Positions 25,657 to 37,400 of a DNA stretch of 64,000 bases are shown in pieces (the stretch's first letter is position 1; each line of letters begins with the position of its first letter). The translations under genes and the position numbers were made by a program. The DNA comes from Neophaeotheca triangularis. Taxonomy: Eukaryota. The stretch is from assembly GCA_054600435.1 (NCBI GenBank), contig BAAIJX010000069.1, forward strand, positions 1 to 64,000, read 5' to 3'. The notes under the pieces were generated by a model. That model ran no database searches. It saw only the letters and a list, made by a program, of their open reading frames with translations, and was not told the DNA's origin.

Positions 25657-26634
25657 GTTGATAGTACCGGCCGGAGACGACAATGGAAACTATCTCAAGA
25701 CGAAGAGAAGGAGAAGAAGTCCTTATTATACGTGCTTGTTCTACTCTACATAGCTTCCAAGTTTCCACACACATTATTACCTTACCGGCCATAGACAAGA
25801 GACTCTGCACGAATGATGCCGATCGCAGGAGACGGAAGACGGCAGCGTCCACAGCGTCCTTGCTTCTTGCTCAGGCACTAGACGACTTCAGGCAGCTGAA
25901 TGGCAGGCAAGAGACGCAGGAGAAAAGTGTAGATGGAGCGAATGCCCGGCTTGACTCTCTTGACTGGTTGTCGACTGCTGTGGGCGGAGATAACCGACAT
26001 GGCCCTCCTCGCGGGGCCTGGCTTGGCTGGGGACGGATGTAGTGTCTACGGCTTGGCTTGGAGATAACACGTGCGCGAGTGATTCGAGATTAAGCAGAGT
26101 GACACGTCGGCGAGCTCCGTCTTCAGGTTATGCTACCTGCCTACCTCCTAAGTGCCATTATTATTCCCAGGAAGGTCAGGTCCACTGATGGCGAGCACGT
26201 GGGTCATGTGGAGTCTACGTCTCCTCTCGCCGGCTTGCTCCCTTCCAGCATCTTCATACCTCATAACAACCCGAGAGATGGTCGCGGGTTGGTGGACATG
26301 TACCTGTATCGCAGCTCAGTCCACGTGGGAGTCTGGTCCAATGAACCTACTCCGTTGAAAAGTACTGAAACGCCAAAACGGGTTCCATGGATTGCTAAAG
26401 TAATCGAAAATTACAACTAATACAACACGCATCCGCCTAACTTGCATCCGAAACTTGAAACCTTTCTGCCAGGGTTCTCAAGCGCAGGCAGCAGTTGTAA
26501 AAGGACACTGAGTCTCGAGTGATGGTCCCAACGCCAACCGATGCAAGTGACAACCACCCAACCCAACTTTCCTCAGAATTCCAGCCGTCGCATCGCCAAC
26601 ACAATCCCCTAACTAGCAAACCACCAACATACCC

Positions 26635-28102
26635 CTATCGCTTCCCAGCCTTCCCCTGAGCCCTCTGCGCAATACGCTTGAATCTCTCGTCTCCACCGCC
26701 ACCAACCCTACGCCCATTACCCAAGCCAGCCGTAAGATTGTTCTGCGGCGCGACTGTGTAAGTCCCAACCCCACCCTCGACTCTGGCGCGGTTACCCTGG
26801 ACAGGAGCAGCCAAGGCCCTACGCCTCTTTTCGGCAGCGACAGCCGCGCGGTTGTTGGAAACAGCGGCTTGCGAGCCCGCCATGGGACGCTGCGTGGCGT
26901 CGTAAGCGGCGACGCGGAACTGCTTGCCCCGCAAGTCTTTGCGCTTGTTGAGGACGATGCGCGTCCATTCGCCCATGAGACGGTCGGCTTGGCGTTTGAT
27001 CGCGGGCTCGGGCTGGCGCGATTTGGTGTAGAAGCCGACGACTTTGCCGATGCCGGAGGCGATGAGGGCTTCCTTGGTCATGGGGAGGCGGGAGAGGATG
27101 GCGAAGAGCTGGCGTTGGATCTGGAAATTGGGGAGGGCGGCGTCCGTGTCGCTGGGCTCGAGCATGAAGCGTACAGCTTCGAGGATGTTGATGTCGGGGT
27201 CAACGAGTTGGTTTTGCAGCTGGTTGCGGTTCATGAGCTCCACCACTTCGGGGAGGAGGGTGATTTTGTGGCTGGCGACTTGGCCGTTTTGCCGTTGGAT
27301 AGAGTCTTTTTCGCAGGCCTCGGCCATGCGTTTGCGCATGTCGTCGATTTCGTTGTCGGCGAGCTTGTCCAGGTCGATGCCTTTCCTGGGGCGCGGCTTA
27401 TTCGTCGCGAGAGCTGAGTCCATCTTGGCCTCGAGTGCACGTCTGCGGCCTGTGGATCATGTTAGCTACTGTTGTCAACCGCTTCTGCGTGGTGTTATGA
27501 TGATACGCACGCTCTTCAGGATCCATGTTCTCCAAGTCCTCCGGCGTCTTCTCCCTCCTCTGTCTAGGCCTACTCTCCCGACCACCACTCTTCCCCTTCC
27601 TGGACCTCTTCCCATCCATCTCGGGCCCACCCTCAAAATCCGGCTCATCCTCCTCACGCCTCTTCTTACTCTTCTTCGGCTTCTCGCGCCTACCTTCCTT
27701 CTTTTTCTTCTTGCGCTCCCGCTCCTCCTCCTCCGTCCGCTTGCGCTTGTGTACGCCCAACTGCCCAACATTACTCTCATCAACAGCGATAGGCGCGGCG
27801 TCCGGGACGTTAATAGCAGCTGGGTCGAAGTGAGCGAATTGCTCATCGTCGAGCTCTTCGAGATCCGATTCCCCGTCAGAGGGCGCCCTGTCCGCTTCTT
27901 CTCGCATAGCGTTCACCGTTTCTGGAGCCTCGTCGTCGCCGTTCGCATCCATGTCTGCGGTCGGCTCTCCGATTGGTGGGGTTTGGCCTGCGTCCTCTTC
28001 GTCGATGCCGGGTTGGAGGGGATCGCGGGGGTCATTGTTGCCTTCAGGCTCTTGGGTATCTAAGAGCGCGGGAGAGCCTGGCGCGGCTTCAAGGTCTTCC
28101 AT
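26635..28102 (-). CDS. IWS1: Transcription elongation factor Iws1/Spn1
   Basis: Acidic/basic N-terminus and intron 27450-27510. TFIIS-N-like domain LLPEVVELM...ILEAVRFMLEP...LPNFQIQRQLF...LIASGIGKVV.FYTKS. Confidence 0.92.
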
Positions 28103-29191
28103 TTCGGTAGATGTGAAGGTAGGGTGATCCTTTCGCTTTGATGGTGATATGTGTCAGGGTTTTGGGGGTATTGGACTCGGTGGAGGCGATAGTATTATGG
28201 TCGAAGAGTAGGTAGGTAGTCGTTGTTTGCGTAAAGGTGAGAGGTTACGACCAGGGCGTACCTAGCTGCTCTCCGAGTTGCAAATGACTAAGCACCAAGT
28301 CTTGGCATCAACGACCGTCCGAGCCGTGTGAGACTTCACTCCTGTGCAAGCCTATTGCGCCGCAACACAAAACCAACTCCTCAAGCTTCAACTCACATCA
28401 AAATGTTCGGCGGTCGTGAGTCTTCACTCTAGCGAAATCCGCAATGCCACCCACCTTACTGACATGGCCAAACAGCCCCTCCTCCCCCTTCACCCGAAGA
28501 GCTCGCCCAGCAGCAGGCCGTTGCCCGCCAGACCGTCTACAGCGGTCTCGCTACCTGCGTTCTGCTCTACATGTGTATGCCGAAATGATCGAAAAAGCCT
28601 ACTGGCCACCTGACTGATCAACACTAGCCCCACACGCCATCGAATACGTCAAGAGACTGATCTAAGGACGAGCCTCAAAACGTGCAAGACTTCGCATACA
28701 CCACATGGCGCCGAATGCCACGAATTGAAGGAAGGGCGACTCTTCAGCTGCGAATGTTGTGTGGAGAACAGGATGAGCATTGCTAGCGAAGGTTCTGCAG
28801 CAAGCACGAGTGTACAGCATCCAGTGTAGAAATAGTGTACAAAACCCCTCGACACCACTACGCATCCCACCATGCTCGCGATTCCACACTACCTCTGTCT
28901 CGCCGAATTGATACGCACGAGTGCATTGTGCAAAGTTGCCGCCGCAAAAAAAAAAGAGCGTGATAGCTCTTGGCGGTACGACTCTTCAGCATTCGTCTCT
29001 TCCAACCATGACCACGTGCGTGACATCTGCAGCTCGTCCATGCTGCAAAGCCCTCTCACAGGACATGGCGAGCAATGTAGCGAAAGTGTGAGCCCCGGTT
29101 TAGCGTTGCGGTTAACGCCTACTAGAGACGAGCCGAATCTTCAGTCGTCGCAATCCCGGCAAGGAGCGGACTGTCACCCGCAAATCCCCTT

Positions 29192-30977
29192 TCAATCGTC
29201 CGACAAGTCGTCCGAGTCCCCACCATTCAACTGCTCCAAAAGCACCCTCTCGTCGCAGTAACCCAGCTCCTCCTCGCCGGCAGACTCAAACCCCTTCAGC
29301 AGCACCCTCGGGGTCATCACCTCCAATCCATGATCGTGCTCCTGGCGCCAATGCCGCAAGAGCCACGGCGGCGACACGTCCTGGAACAAAACGTCAAGTT
29401 TTCCCTGGAGCCGTCGAGTGCGGAAATTGTCGTGTTCGCCACTCCTGTCATTCCTGGTCAAACACATGGCGGTCAAATCACGGAAGCCCGGGTCTGCGGC
29501 CAGGGGGTGGAACTGCTCTCTCATCAGCAGTTCCTCGGGACCCCGCATATCAGAAACGTGGTTTCTGGTCATGATCATCAAGGACTGGAGGGAACGGGGA
29601 AGCGTCTCTCGTAAGCTTGGGCTGGAACGCCGAACGCCTGCTTCGTCATCTCGGTATTCGAAAAGCAGAACTTCTGACACTTTGAGCCCACGCAAAGATC
29701 TTAATGCTCGAAGATCTTCAAGTGGCTTTTCGGGTGGGCGTTCTACGTCGCACATGTAGTGGTGGAGGCCCAGCGTCAAAATATCTAGGTCTACAAGGGG
29801 GAAACGCTGGAAGAGACTGTAGAAAAGGTTTGTTGTGGCAGCGGCATCGATTTCGCTAGGCCAAATGCAGATATTTTTCAATTACGACAAGCTCGCACAT
29901 CGACTTGGAGGAGTTGAGATTGCCAACACCGCGAATCGCGTTTTTATCGTAACGTCCACCGCGAAACTCGAGTCTTTCCAAATGCGCCTGTTGTTCCTCC
30001 AGTAACTTGACGACGTCGTTTAAGTTCAAAGGACCTGGGTCTCTGTTCTCGCCCGACCATGCGAGAGTCAATCTCCTTAGGTTCGGTACAAAGGACACCA
30101 CATATCGAAGCTGGCCGATGGCTATCGTGGGGCTTTGCAGCACAAGTTTTTCGACATCAGAATGCGTGTTCTCGGGAGCCAGGACATGCCGTGTCCTTGC
30201 TACAGTGAGATTAACTATCGAGAGCCTTTCCAGAGCCGGAAGTTTTAGCAAAAAGGGGAAAGCGGAATCGGGTTTGGAAGGATTTGGGACGACAGTAAGG
30301 CGACGGAGGCGTCGCGCGCAGCCAGAGGTACTCGCCAAAGATCCACGTGACCCGGATGTTGTAGTCCTTCCACGGGACTTCTCTGATAAAGTTCCACTTG
30401 GGACCCCGATGAGCTGGCCAGGCAGAGACGAGTCCAGTTGGCAATCAAGATCGAGGCCGAGTAGCTTGAGGTTGGAACATAACGTCAACAATATGGTGAG
30501 CTGTGTTTGTCGATCAAATCTGAGGAGTTGCTGCAGCCAATCCCGGTAAACCTTTTCGTTAAGATCAATCTCAGTTACGTAGGCAACTTGCAACTTCAAT
30601 GCTTGTATGCCTGCGCCCTTGAAAGCAGCCTCGGACGAGCTCTCGTAGTCAAGAACCTAATGAAAGTATACTCTGCGGACGTACTTTGCTCGCTCCCTTT
30701 TCTTCAGCAACGCGGTGACGAATTTTATGACGCGCTGCTTTGGTCGGTCTCGGGTGTCTAATGTGTGGTAGAGTTCCTCCTCGGCTAGGTGGTGGAAAAA
30801 CTTCACGCGAGATGAGGCGGCCAATGCGTTCAAATTGACGCGGTCCGAAAGCCTTGTGGCTTCTGATAGCTTCTCGGGCGTCTGTACGCGCAAATGGCTG
30901 AAAACCGTCAACCAGAGTTCGTCTGGAAGGTGATAGGGTCCATCTGGCGCGACGACATGTTTAAGCGATGCATTCAT
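29192..30977 (-). pseudogene. F-box plus leucine-rich-repeat-like protein, disrupted
   Basis: YHLPDELWLTVFSHL (F-box-like), then AEEELYHT and LRR-like LPALERLSI, VPNLRRLTL, LPRSLQSL. In-frame TAG at 30657-30659 with the same frame continuing, and a frame change with stops at ~29856-29885 lacking clear splice sites. Confidence 0.6.
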
Positions 30978-31644
30978 TGTCGTCGTGCGGCAAGTTCACC
31001 GAAAGAAGGGAATCTTCTTCTTGTCGTGAATGATTCAGCGAGAGACCCGAAGTAGCGAGTCGCTGCCTCTGTTCCGGTCTCAACAGGGAACGAACAGTGG
31101 TTGCAGTCTTCAGTAATACAACTCAATAATGCAATGTAACAAGCTGACCTACTGGTAATGGAGCATATGGGAAAACGGCGCGTAGAGGTTGATAGATCGG
31201 TGTGAAGGTCGTCTCACGTGCCTGCAGGTGCCATTGAAACTTACCTATATTGTAGGCAGGAGTCCAGGAAATGGTGAACATGGAGGTTAAGTAAGATAGG
31301 CAGGTAAAAGCCATGGATGTTTGCATTCTGCAACAGCGTCCCGCATTTTGATCTCGAGGTCATGTACTATCATGTCACCATGTGGCCTCGAGGGGGAAGT
31401 GCGCTTAAGGTTGGGTGCAAGTTGTAACTGCCTCAGGCCGGAAGACTCGGCTTTCCTTCTCCAAGCTCCATGAATTAATACAAGGTACCTTATCCTTACA
31501 AGCATTACTACTAGTACCCTACCTCCTAGCTAGGCACCTCCTCTTCTTCTATCTTTTTCACGACTCAATCAATCCCCGGTGGTTTCTTGTGGAAGGGCCA
31601 TCTTACCTTTATATACGGACACATAGCATATCAAGTGATTGACC

Positions 31645-32679
31645 ATGGAATTCCAGCACAGCCCTTTTCTCAACCTTCCACCGGAGTTGCGACTCGAGAT
31701 ATACCTCTTTGCCTTACTTGACAGCCCACACATAACAGTCGGCACTGCTCGAGTAGTAGGCAAGCATTCAGACGTTGTGCACCGTCTATATGGCGACGGT
31801 CGCGAGCCCGATGCTGACATACCTCTATACCACGAACCTGTGGTGGAGCCATGCTACGATTCCACCCTTCTATTGCCACCCTTGACAGGTGCGCAGAGAA
31901 CCATCGAAGCCACCACTGACCCCTCAACAAATTCTCGCAGCCGTCGTCCATATGATAGTAGTTCACGGACAGCGCTCTTAGCGACCAACAAACTCATCCG
32001 GGCGGAAGTCCAGCACCAGCTCGACCTAGCCCGCAGTAAAGCGAGCGAAGACCTCAATGATACAGCTCCAACTGCGCTTTACGTAGCCTACCCGTATGGC
32101 CTACAACTCCTCCGAAGCCTAGTACCGAACCTCCTGCACCAAACCCACACGCTACACCTGGCAGGCATCTACAATCCAACAGATTTCAACCCTCAGCACG
32201 CTGCAGTTGTTCCAGCGACGGGAACCACCACCACCGACCCCCTGTCCTCTCCAGAACCAACAACAGCATCCACTCGCCCGAACCCCCACACCCGCAGCAC
32301 TTACTCGCCCGGACCCTCACACAAACAGGAGCTCCGAAGGCCCTTTGGAGAAAACATTTTGAAATACTTCCTCACACTCCTTTTCGACACGAGCCCCCCA
32401 CGCTACCCGCACCTCCGCCATCTCACGCTGCGAGTCTTCTTCCCAGGCCCTGACAGCTACGCCACCGTCTGGGGCGACGACCATAGCCCGGTCTGCATCG
32501 CTCTGCGGAGCGTAGGCGCCGGGGACGTGGATATAGAAGTTTGGAGGGGGAGGCGGGGGACGGGAGTGGTGGTGAGAGTTCGGCGGGATGATGAGGGTGG
32601 GACTAGGAGGGTGGGGACCGTGTGGAGGGATCTTGGGGAGAGGGGGGCGGAGTGGGTTGTTGATGAGAGGTGGCCGTGA
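31645..32679 (+). CDS. Hypothetical protein with F-box-like N-terminus
   Basis: 344-aa intronless ORF with SPFLNLPPELRLEIY and ALLATNKLIRAE, motifs common in fungal F-box-like proteins. TATA-like TTTATATA at ~31608. Confidence 0.75.
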   Translation: MEFQHSPFLNLPPELRLEIYLFALLDSPHITVGTARVVGKHSDVVHRLYGDGREPDADIPLYHEPVVEPCYDSTLLLPPLTGAQRTIEATTDPSTNSRSRRPYDSSSRTALLATNKLIRAEVQHQLDLARSKASEDLNDTAPTALYVAYPYGLQLLRSLVPNLLHQTHTLHLAGIYNPTDFNPQHAAVVPATGTTTTDPLSSPEPTTASTRPNPHTRSTYSPGPSHKQELRRPFGENILKYFLTLLFDTSPPRYPHLRHLTLRVFFPGPDSYATVWGDDHSPVCIALRSVGAGDVDIEVWRGRRGTGVVVRVRRDDEGGTRRVGTVWRDLGERGAEWVVDERWP

Positions 32680-33428
32680 GAGAAGGTAGGATGGTGTGGT
32701 GGCTGGCGGGATCTGGGGAGTCGGAGTTGGTAAGGTCTTTGTAGTGGTGATAGGGGCCCCAGACCCCCTGAGTGGGACTTTTGGGAAAGGCTTGGTTTCT
32801 TTGAGCCACACGACAGGATAATGGAGACGGGCCTTTTGCTCTAATAGGTATGTTGCTGGAGATACCCAATGTCTGGGAGGAGCTCACGTCGATAGAACGT
32901 GCGCGATATAACGCAGCAAAAGCACTACCTCGTCTCTCGTCTCATATAGGCCTTTTTCTACACAAACATCTCAAAGTAGTACGCTTCCATGATTTCCAAG
33001 GCCGGCGCAACTGGTAAACAACAATAATGTGTATGTAAGCCCTGCATAATGTACCCGCCATGTCACAGGCTTTGATTGGCCCGTCTTTTCGGATGAAATT
33101 GCCTGTCTTGGGAAGTCAGGCACGACTGGCTCGAAGAGGAAGTGGGTTGCGACTGTGGGGATGATTTTTCTGGGGAACAAGTTATGCCCTGCCTTACTGT
33201 ACTGTTTATAATTTACAATAAAGGTAACGTGGAACTGGACAATAATCACCTACATAGGTAGTAGATAGGTAGGTAGAAATATATAAAACTTATATCAAGG
33301 GCGCTTACCCGTCGAGTTTGGATGACTTCTCTCCCGACTCTGCTTCCAGCTTTCACACTCTACTACTACCACTACTACAAACAGCTGACTCCCCCCGATA
33401 AAACCACCTCCCCCAAAAAACAACAACC

Positions 33429-33941
33429 AGTACGTCGTCTCCCTTCCCCAACCCACCCCTCCAAAACCCCCTCCACCATACCATACTAACCCCCAAACCC
33501 CCAAAAGTGTCCTCCAACAACCTAGTCCCCCTAACAATCATCAAAGGCGCGGGCGCCGAATTCATCCAACTGCCGTCAGGCGACAACGCCACCGTAGCCG
33601 ACTTCCACAGCATCCGCACCAAAACCAGCGACAGCCCGACGCACATAACATCAGGCTTCTACAAGATCGAAGCCGGGCCGGCCAAACCGCTCGCGTACGA
33701 TTGCGAAGAATCAAAGTACGTCATCTCCGGCCAGATTGACGTGCTGGACGAGGCGACGGGCGTGACGCACCGCTTGGTCGCCGGCGATTTTGCTTTCTTC
33801 CACGTCGGGAGTAAGGTGCAGTTTTCTACCAAGAGTGCTGGCATGGCTTTTTATGTTGTTACCAGGCCCGTGAAGGCGGAGCATAAGAATTTGATGGGGA
33901 GGGAGCTGGATGTTTACAAGGCGCAGGCTTCCAAGTTGTAG
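33429..33941 (+). CDS. Cupin protein, EutQ-like; ATG split by intron 33430-33507
   Basis: ITSGFYKIEAG, YDCEESKYVISGQIDV, LVAGDFAFFHVGSKVQF match the EutQ/cupin pattern. A(33429)|GTACGT..TACTAAC..AAG|TG gives ATG TCC TCC AAC. TATATAAAA at ~33280. Confidence 0.82.
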   Translation, partial: STSSPFPNPPLQNPLHHTILTPKPPKVSSNNLVPLTIIKGAGAEFIQLPSGDNATVADFHSIRTKTSDSPTHITSGFYKIEAGPAKPLAYDCEESKYVISGQIDVLDEATGVTHRLVAGDFAFFHVGSKVQFSTKSAGMAFYVVTRPVKAEHKNLMGRELDVYKAQASKL

Positions 33942-34465
33942 GCGTGGGGGTTTTGGATTAGAGGCGGGTGCGTGCTTGTGTAATGATCGGTTATGACTTG
34001 CTGGGGGGTTTTTTTTTAAACTGTACATGTGGAACAAAAGAAATTCCATGACACGGGGCTGATACTTTTGGTCTTGTGGTGATTGCTTTTCCAGAGAATC
34101 GTGTCTTGCTTTTTATGCGTAGTGATTTGAAGATGGTTTCCGATCTTGCGACAGGCCGCGCGAAAGCTGAGCACTAACAAACGTTTGAGAAAATCTTCCA
34201 GCATCGAGGACCTACACCAGTGCCTCTCAAATGTGGGAGTGGCGGGCGCACAAGTAGTCTCAAACACATGCAGAGGCGATTGAATCTGCGCCGAAACACT
34301 CGGGAGACTAGCTGAGGGGAGATGGCGGATCGTACAGCCAGACAGTAAATAAGGAGCCTGTCTATTCAACAGTTAGTCTCGACCAACTTAGGGCCTTCAC
34401 CACTCAACAACGATATCCATCGACCGTCAAAGCAACGACACGCTCACCCGCCCAACCATTGCGTC

Positions 34466-37400
34466 TCATCTTTGCAACACCTCCTTAACCGTCCAATCCC
34501 CCCTGACACGCCTCTGCACCACCCTCCAAGCCCCCAACGGCCACTCCTCCCCATTCCCAATCTGAATACCAACACCAACCCAGCATTTCCTCTCTCTCCC
34601 GCCTTCAACCTCCTCAATCTTCCCCACTGGCTTCCCGAACCTCAGCAGCGGCGTGCCCTCCGCCAAAGCCGCGAGAGCTTTCTCCGAGATGGGGGTGAGA
34701 GGGTGTAGCCGCGTCTTTGGGACCGGGGCTTCTGGGTCGAGGGTCTTGGGTGTGCCGCGCGAGAGGTGCGAGTAGATGATATAACTGGGGAGTTCTTTGA
34801 CGCTGAGATGGGCGAGGAGGGAGGAGGGGTGGATGTAGACGTTTTGCTCGTCGGGTTCGAAGCCTTGACCTGGCGTTGGGGTTGAAGAGGGCGCGAGGGT
34901 ACGGTAGGCGACTTGGATGGCGCGACGGGGTTTGCGATGGCTGGGTGCCGTTTCGGAGGAGGCGTTTGGGAGGAGGTCGGCGCGGATGGCGACTTGGTCT
35001 ACGAAGCCGCCGGCTACGACTTGGCCGAGGATTTTGGCTTCTTTTTCGCTCGGCGGGTCGAGTTTGGAGAGGTCCGGGGTTGCTGTGAGGTTGGTGACGC
35101 GGTCTTGGGAGCGCACGATGGAATGGAGTTGTTGGCGGAGGCTTTGGGTTTCCTGCATGCCTTTTTCGCGGAGAAAGTAGTTGTTGCAGAATTTGGAGGC
35201 TGCCGTGGTGGATTGGGAAGAGTAGACCGCAAGGGCAGTGAGTAGCTTGAGAGTGTCGGAAGTCTCGGACTGGCGGGCTAGTAAAGCGTGGGCACGAGTG
35301 TAGGCGGCGTGGCGGGAGATTTGCGCAGCCGATTGAGCGCGAGCGGCAGCTTTTTCAGCTCGTTCGTAGTCGTCGGATTCTGAGTCTTGTGGTGCGGCAT
35401 CAGCGGCATCTTCTGCAGCCCCTGCAACTTGCGCTTCGGAAACGAACAGGTCGCCAACCGCCAGAGCAGCTACGATTGCGATGGCGTAAGGCAAGACACC
35501 ATTCATCTTTGCCAGCATCATGATTTTGCCGAATCGTGGGCTGAGCGGATACTTCGAGAGCTGCTTTCCCACATCGGTAACTTTCCCAGTCGCTTCCGCA
35601 ATGGCGCCCAGATTCCGCAACAGCTGCTCAGCTTGTGCCAACTGTGACCTGTCCGGTGGCGTCGGAAAAGGAAAGTTGACGACATTGTCAATCTCCATGG
35701 CCTTCAACTGCAGCACCGTACCCTCAAGCGGTGTCCGCATGATCTCAGGTACGCTGTGATCAGCAAAAAATTGCTCGTAGACTGCGCTCGAATAAAGGCG
35801 GTAGCAGTGTCCTGGTCCCGTACGTCCCGCACGACCTGCACGCTGAGAGGCGGAAGCTTTGCTCACCCAATCGACTTCGAAAGTCTGCACGCCTGTGGAA
35901 GGTTCAAAGCGCTTCTCTTTGGCACGACCGCTGTCAAAAACGTAGCGGATGTTGGGGATGGTAAGGGAAGTCTCTGCAACGTTGGTGGCCAGCACTATCA
36001 GACGGCTGCCCTCTGGTGGTGGCTGGAAGACTCGCATTTGCTGTGCTGTTGGGAGAGAGGCGTAGAGGGGGAGAATGTGCGGTTTGAGCGCGCCTCTTGG
36101 TCCTGGTTCCTCTATAGCAAATTCCTCGTCTTCGTCGTCGTCCAGGCCTTCGATTTCTGCATCCGAGTCCTCTGAGTCCTCGCCTTCGAGAGCATCAGAG
36201 GGTCCCCGCTTGCCATCTTCCCAGTCATCGGCCTCAAGAGGCATCTGATCCTGGCTCTCGCGCGCTTTGACAGCGCCACCATAGCCTGCAGTATTCGTCC
36301 CCAGCGTCTCTCTAAGCTGTTTCATGACAGTAGAGATCTCTTGCTGTCCTGTCAAGAACACAAGCATACCACCAGGAGGCAGCTTACGGTGCCCTCTTGC
36401 GACCTTTGTAGCCATCTCGCTAACAAAATCACGTTGCGTCTTTCGGCTAAAGTGCTCGACGACAGGATACTGACGACCCTCTGCTTCAACAATAGGAGGA
36501 GGCCCATCCCTGAATAACCTCTCGTTCGCCGCAAAGTCTGTTATGCGTAGAGTGGCGCTCATGATGACGAGTTTGAGAGGGTAGTACTTCTCAGGCTCCT
36601 CTACCGCCAGTTCAGCCCTCGTCTTGTAGATACGCGAGAGCATACCAATGAGGATATCAGTATTGACGCTGCGTTCATGCGCTTCATCGATGACAATGGC
36701 CGAGTACTTTTGCAGCAAAATGTCCTCACTGATCTCTCGGAGCAAAATGCCGTCAGTCATAAACTTCATAGCCGTGAACCGCGAGACATTTGTGTCGTAG
36801 CGAACTTGATGCGCCACGCGATTTTTGTACTCGCTGCCCATCTCCGTCGCAACTCTTTCGGCAACCGAAACAGCAGCAACACGTCTGGGTTGTGTGACAC
36901 CGACCATGCCTCGAGTAGGAGAGGGCTTCGCATCTCCTGCCATTGACTTGCCAATTTCCGAGCCATAGCCGCTTTCAAACATCATTTGCGGTACTTGAGT
37001 CGTTTTGCCAGACCCAGTTGCGCCACAAATGACAACGGCTGGGTTGTTGTGAATGGCTTCCATGATCTTCTGCTCTTCTTGTACGACGGGGAGCTCTAAG
37101 CGGGCGAGCTGGATTCCTTCTAGGCGCGGTATTGTTACTGCTGCAGTAGGGCGTGTCACCTGGGCAGAAGACGTTGGGATCGTTGGGGCGCCAGGGTCTG
37201 GCGACGGCTGCCGGGGAACAAAGTTCTTCTTGATGGCCGCGTTGTCTTCCTCCGAGAGAGCTGCCGAAGGTGTGAAGCCGATAGTGGCATTGCGCTGCGC
37301 GTTCGCCCACACTTTGAACATTGAAGTCCTCGCTGGCTTATCATCGGACGTTACACTATTGCCAGACGCGCTCGCCTCATCACTGCTGCCATTCTCATCG

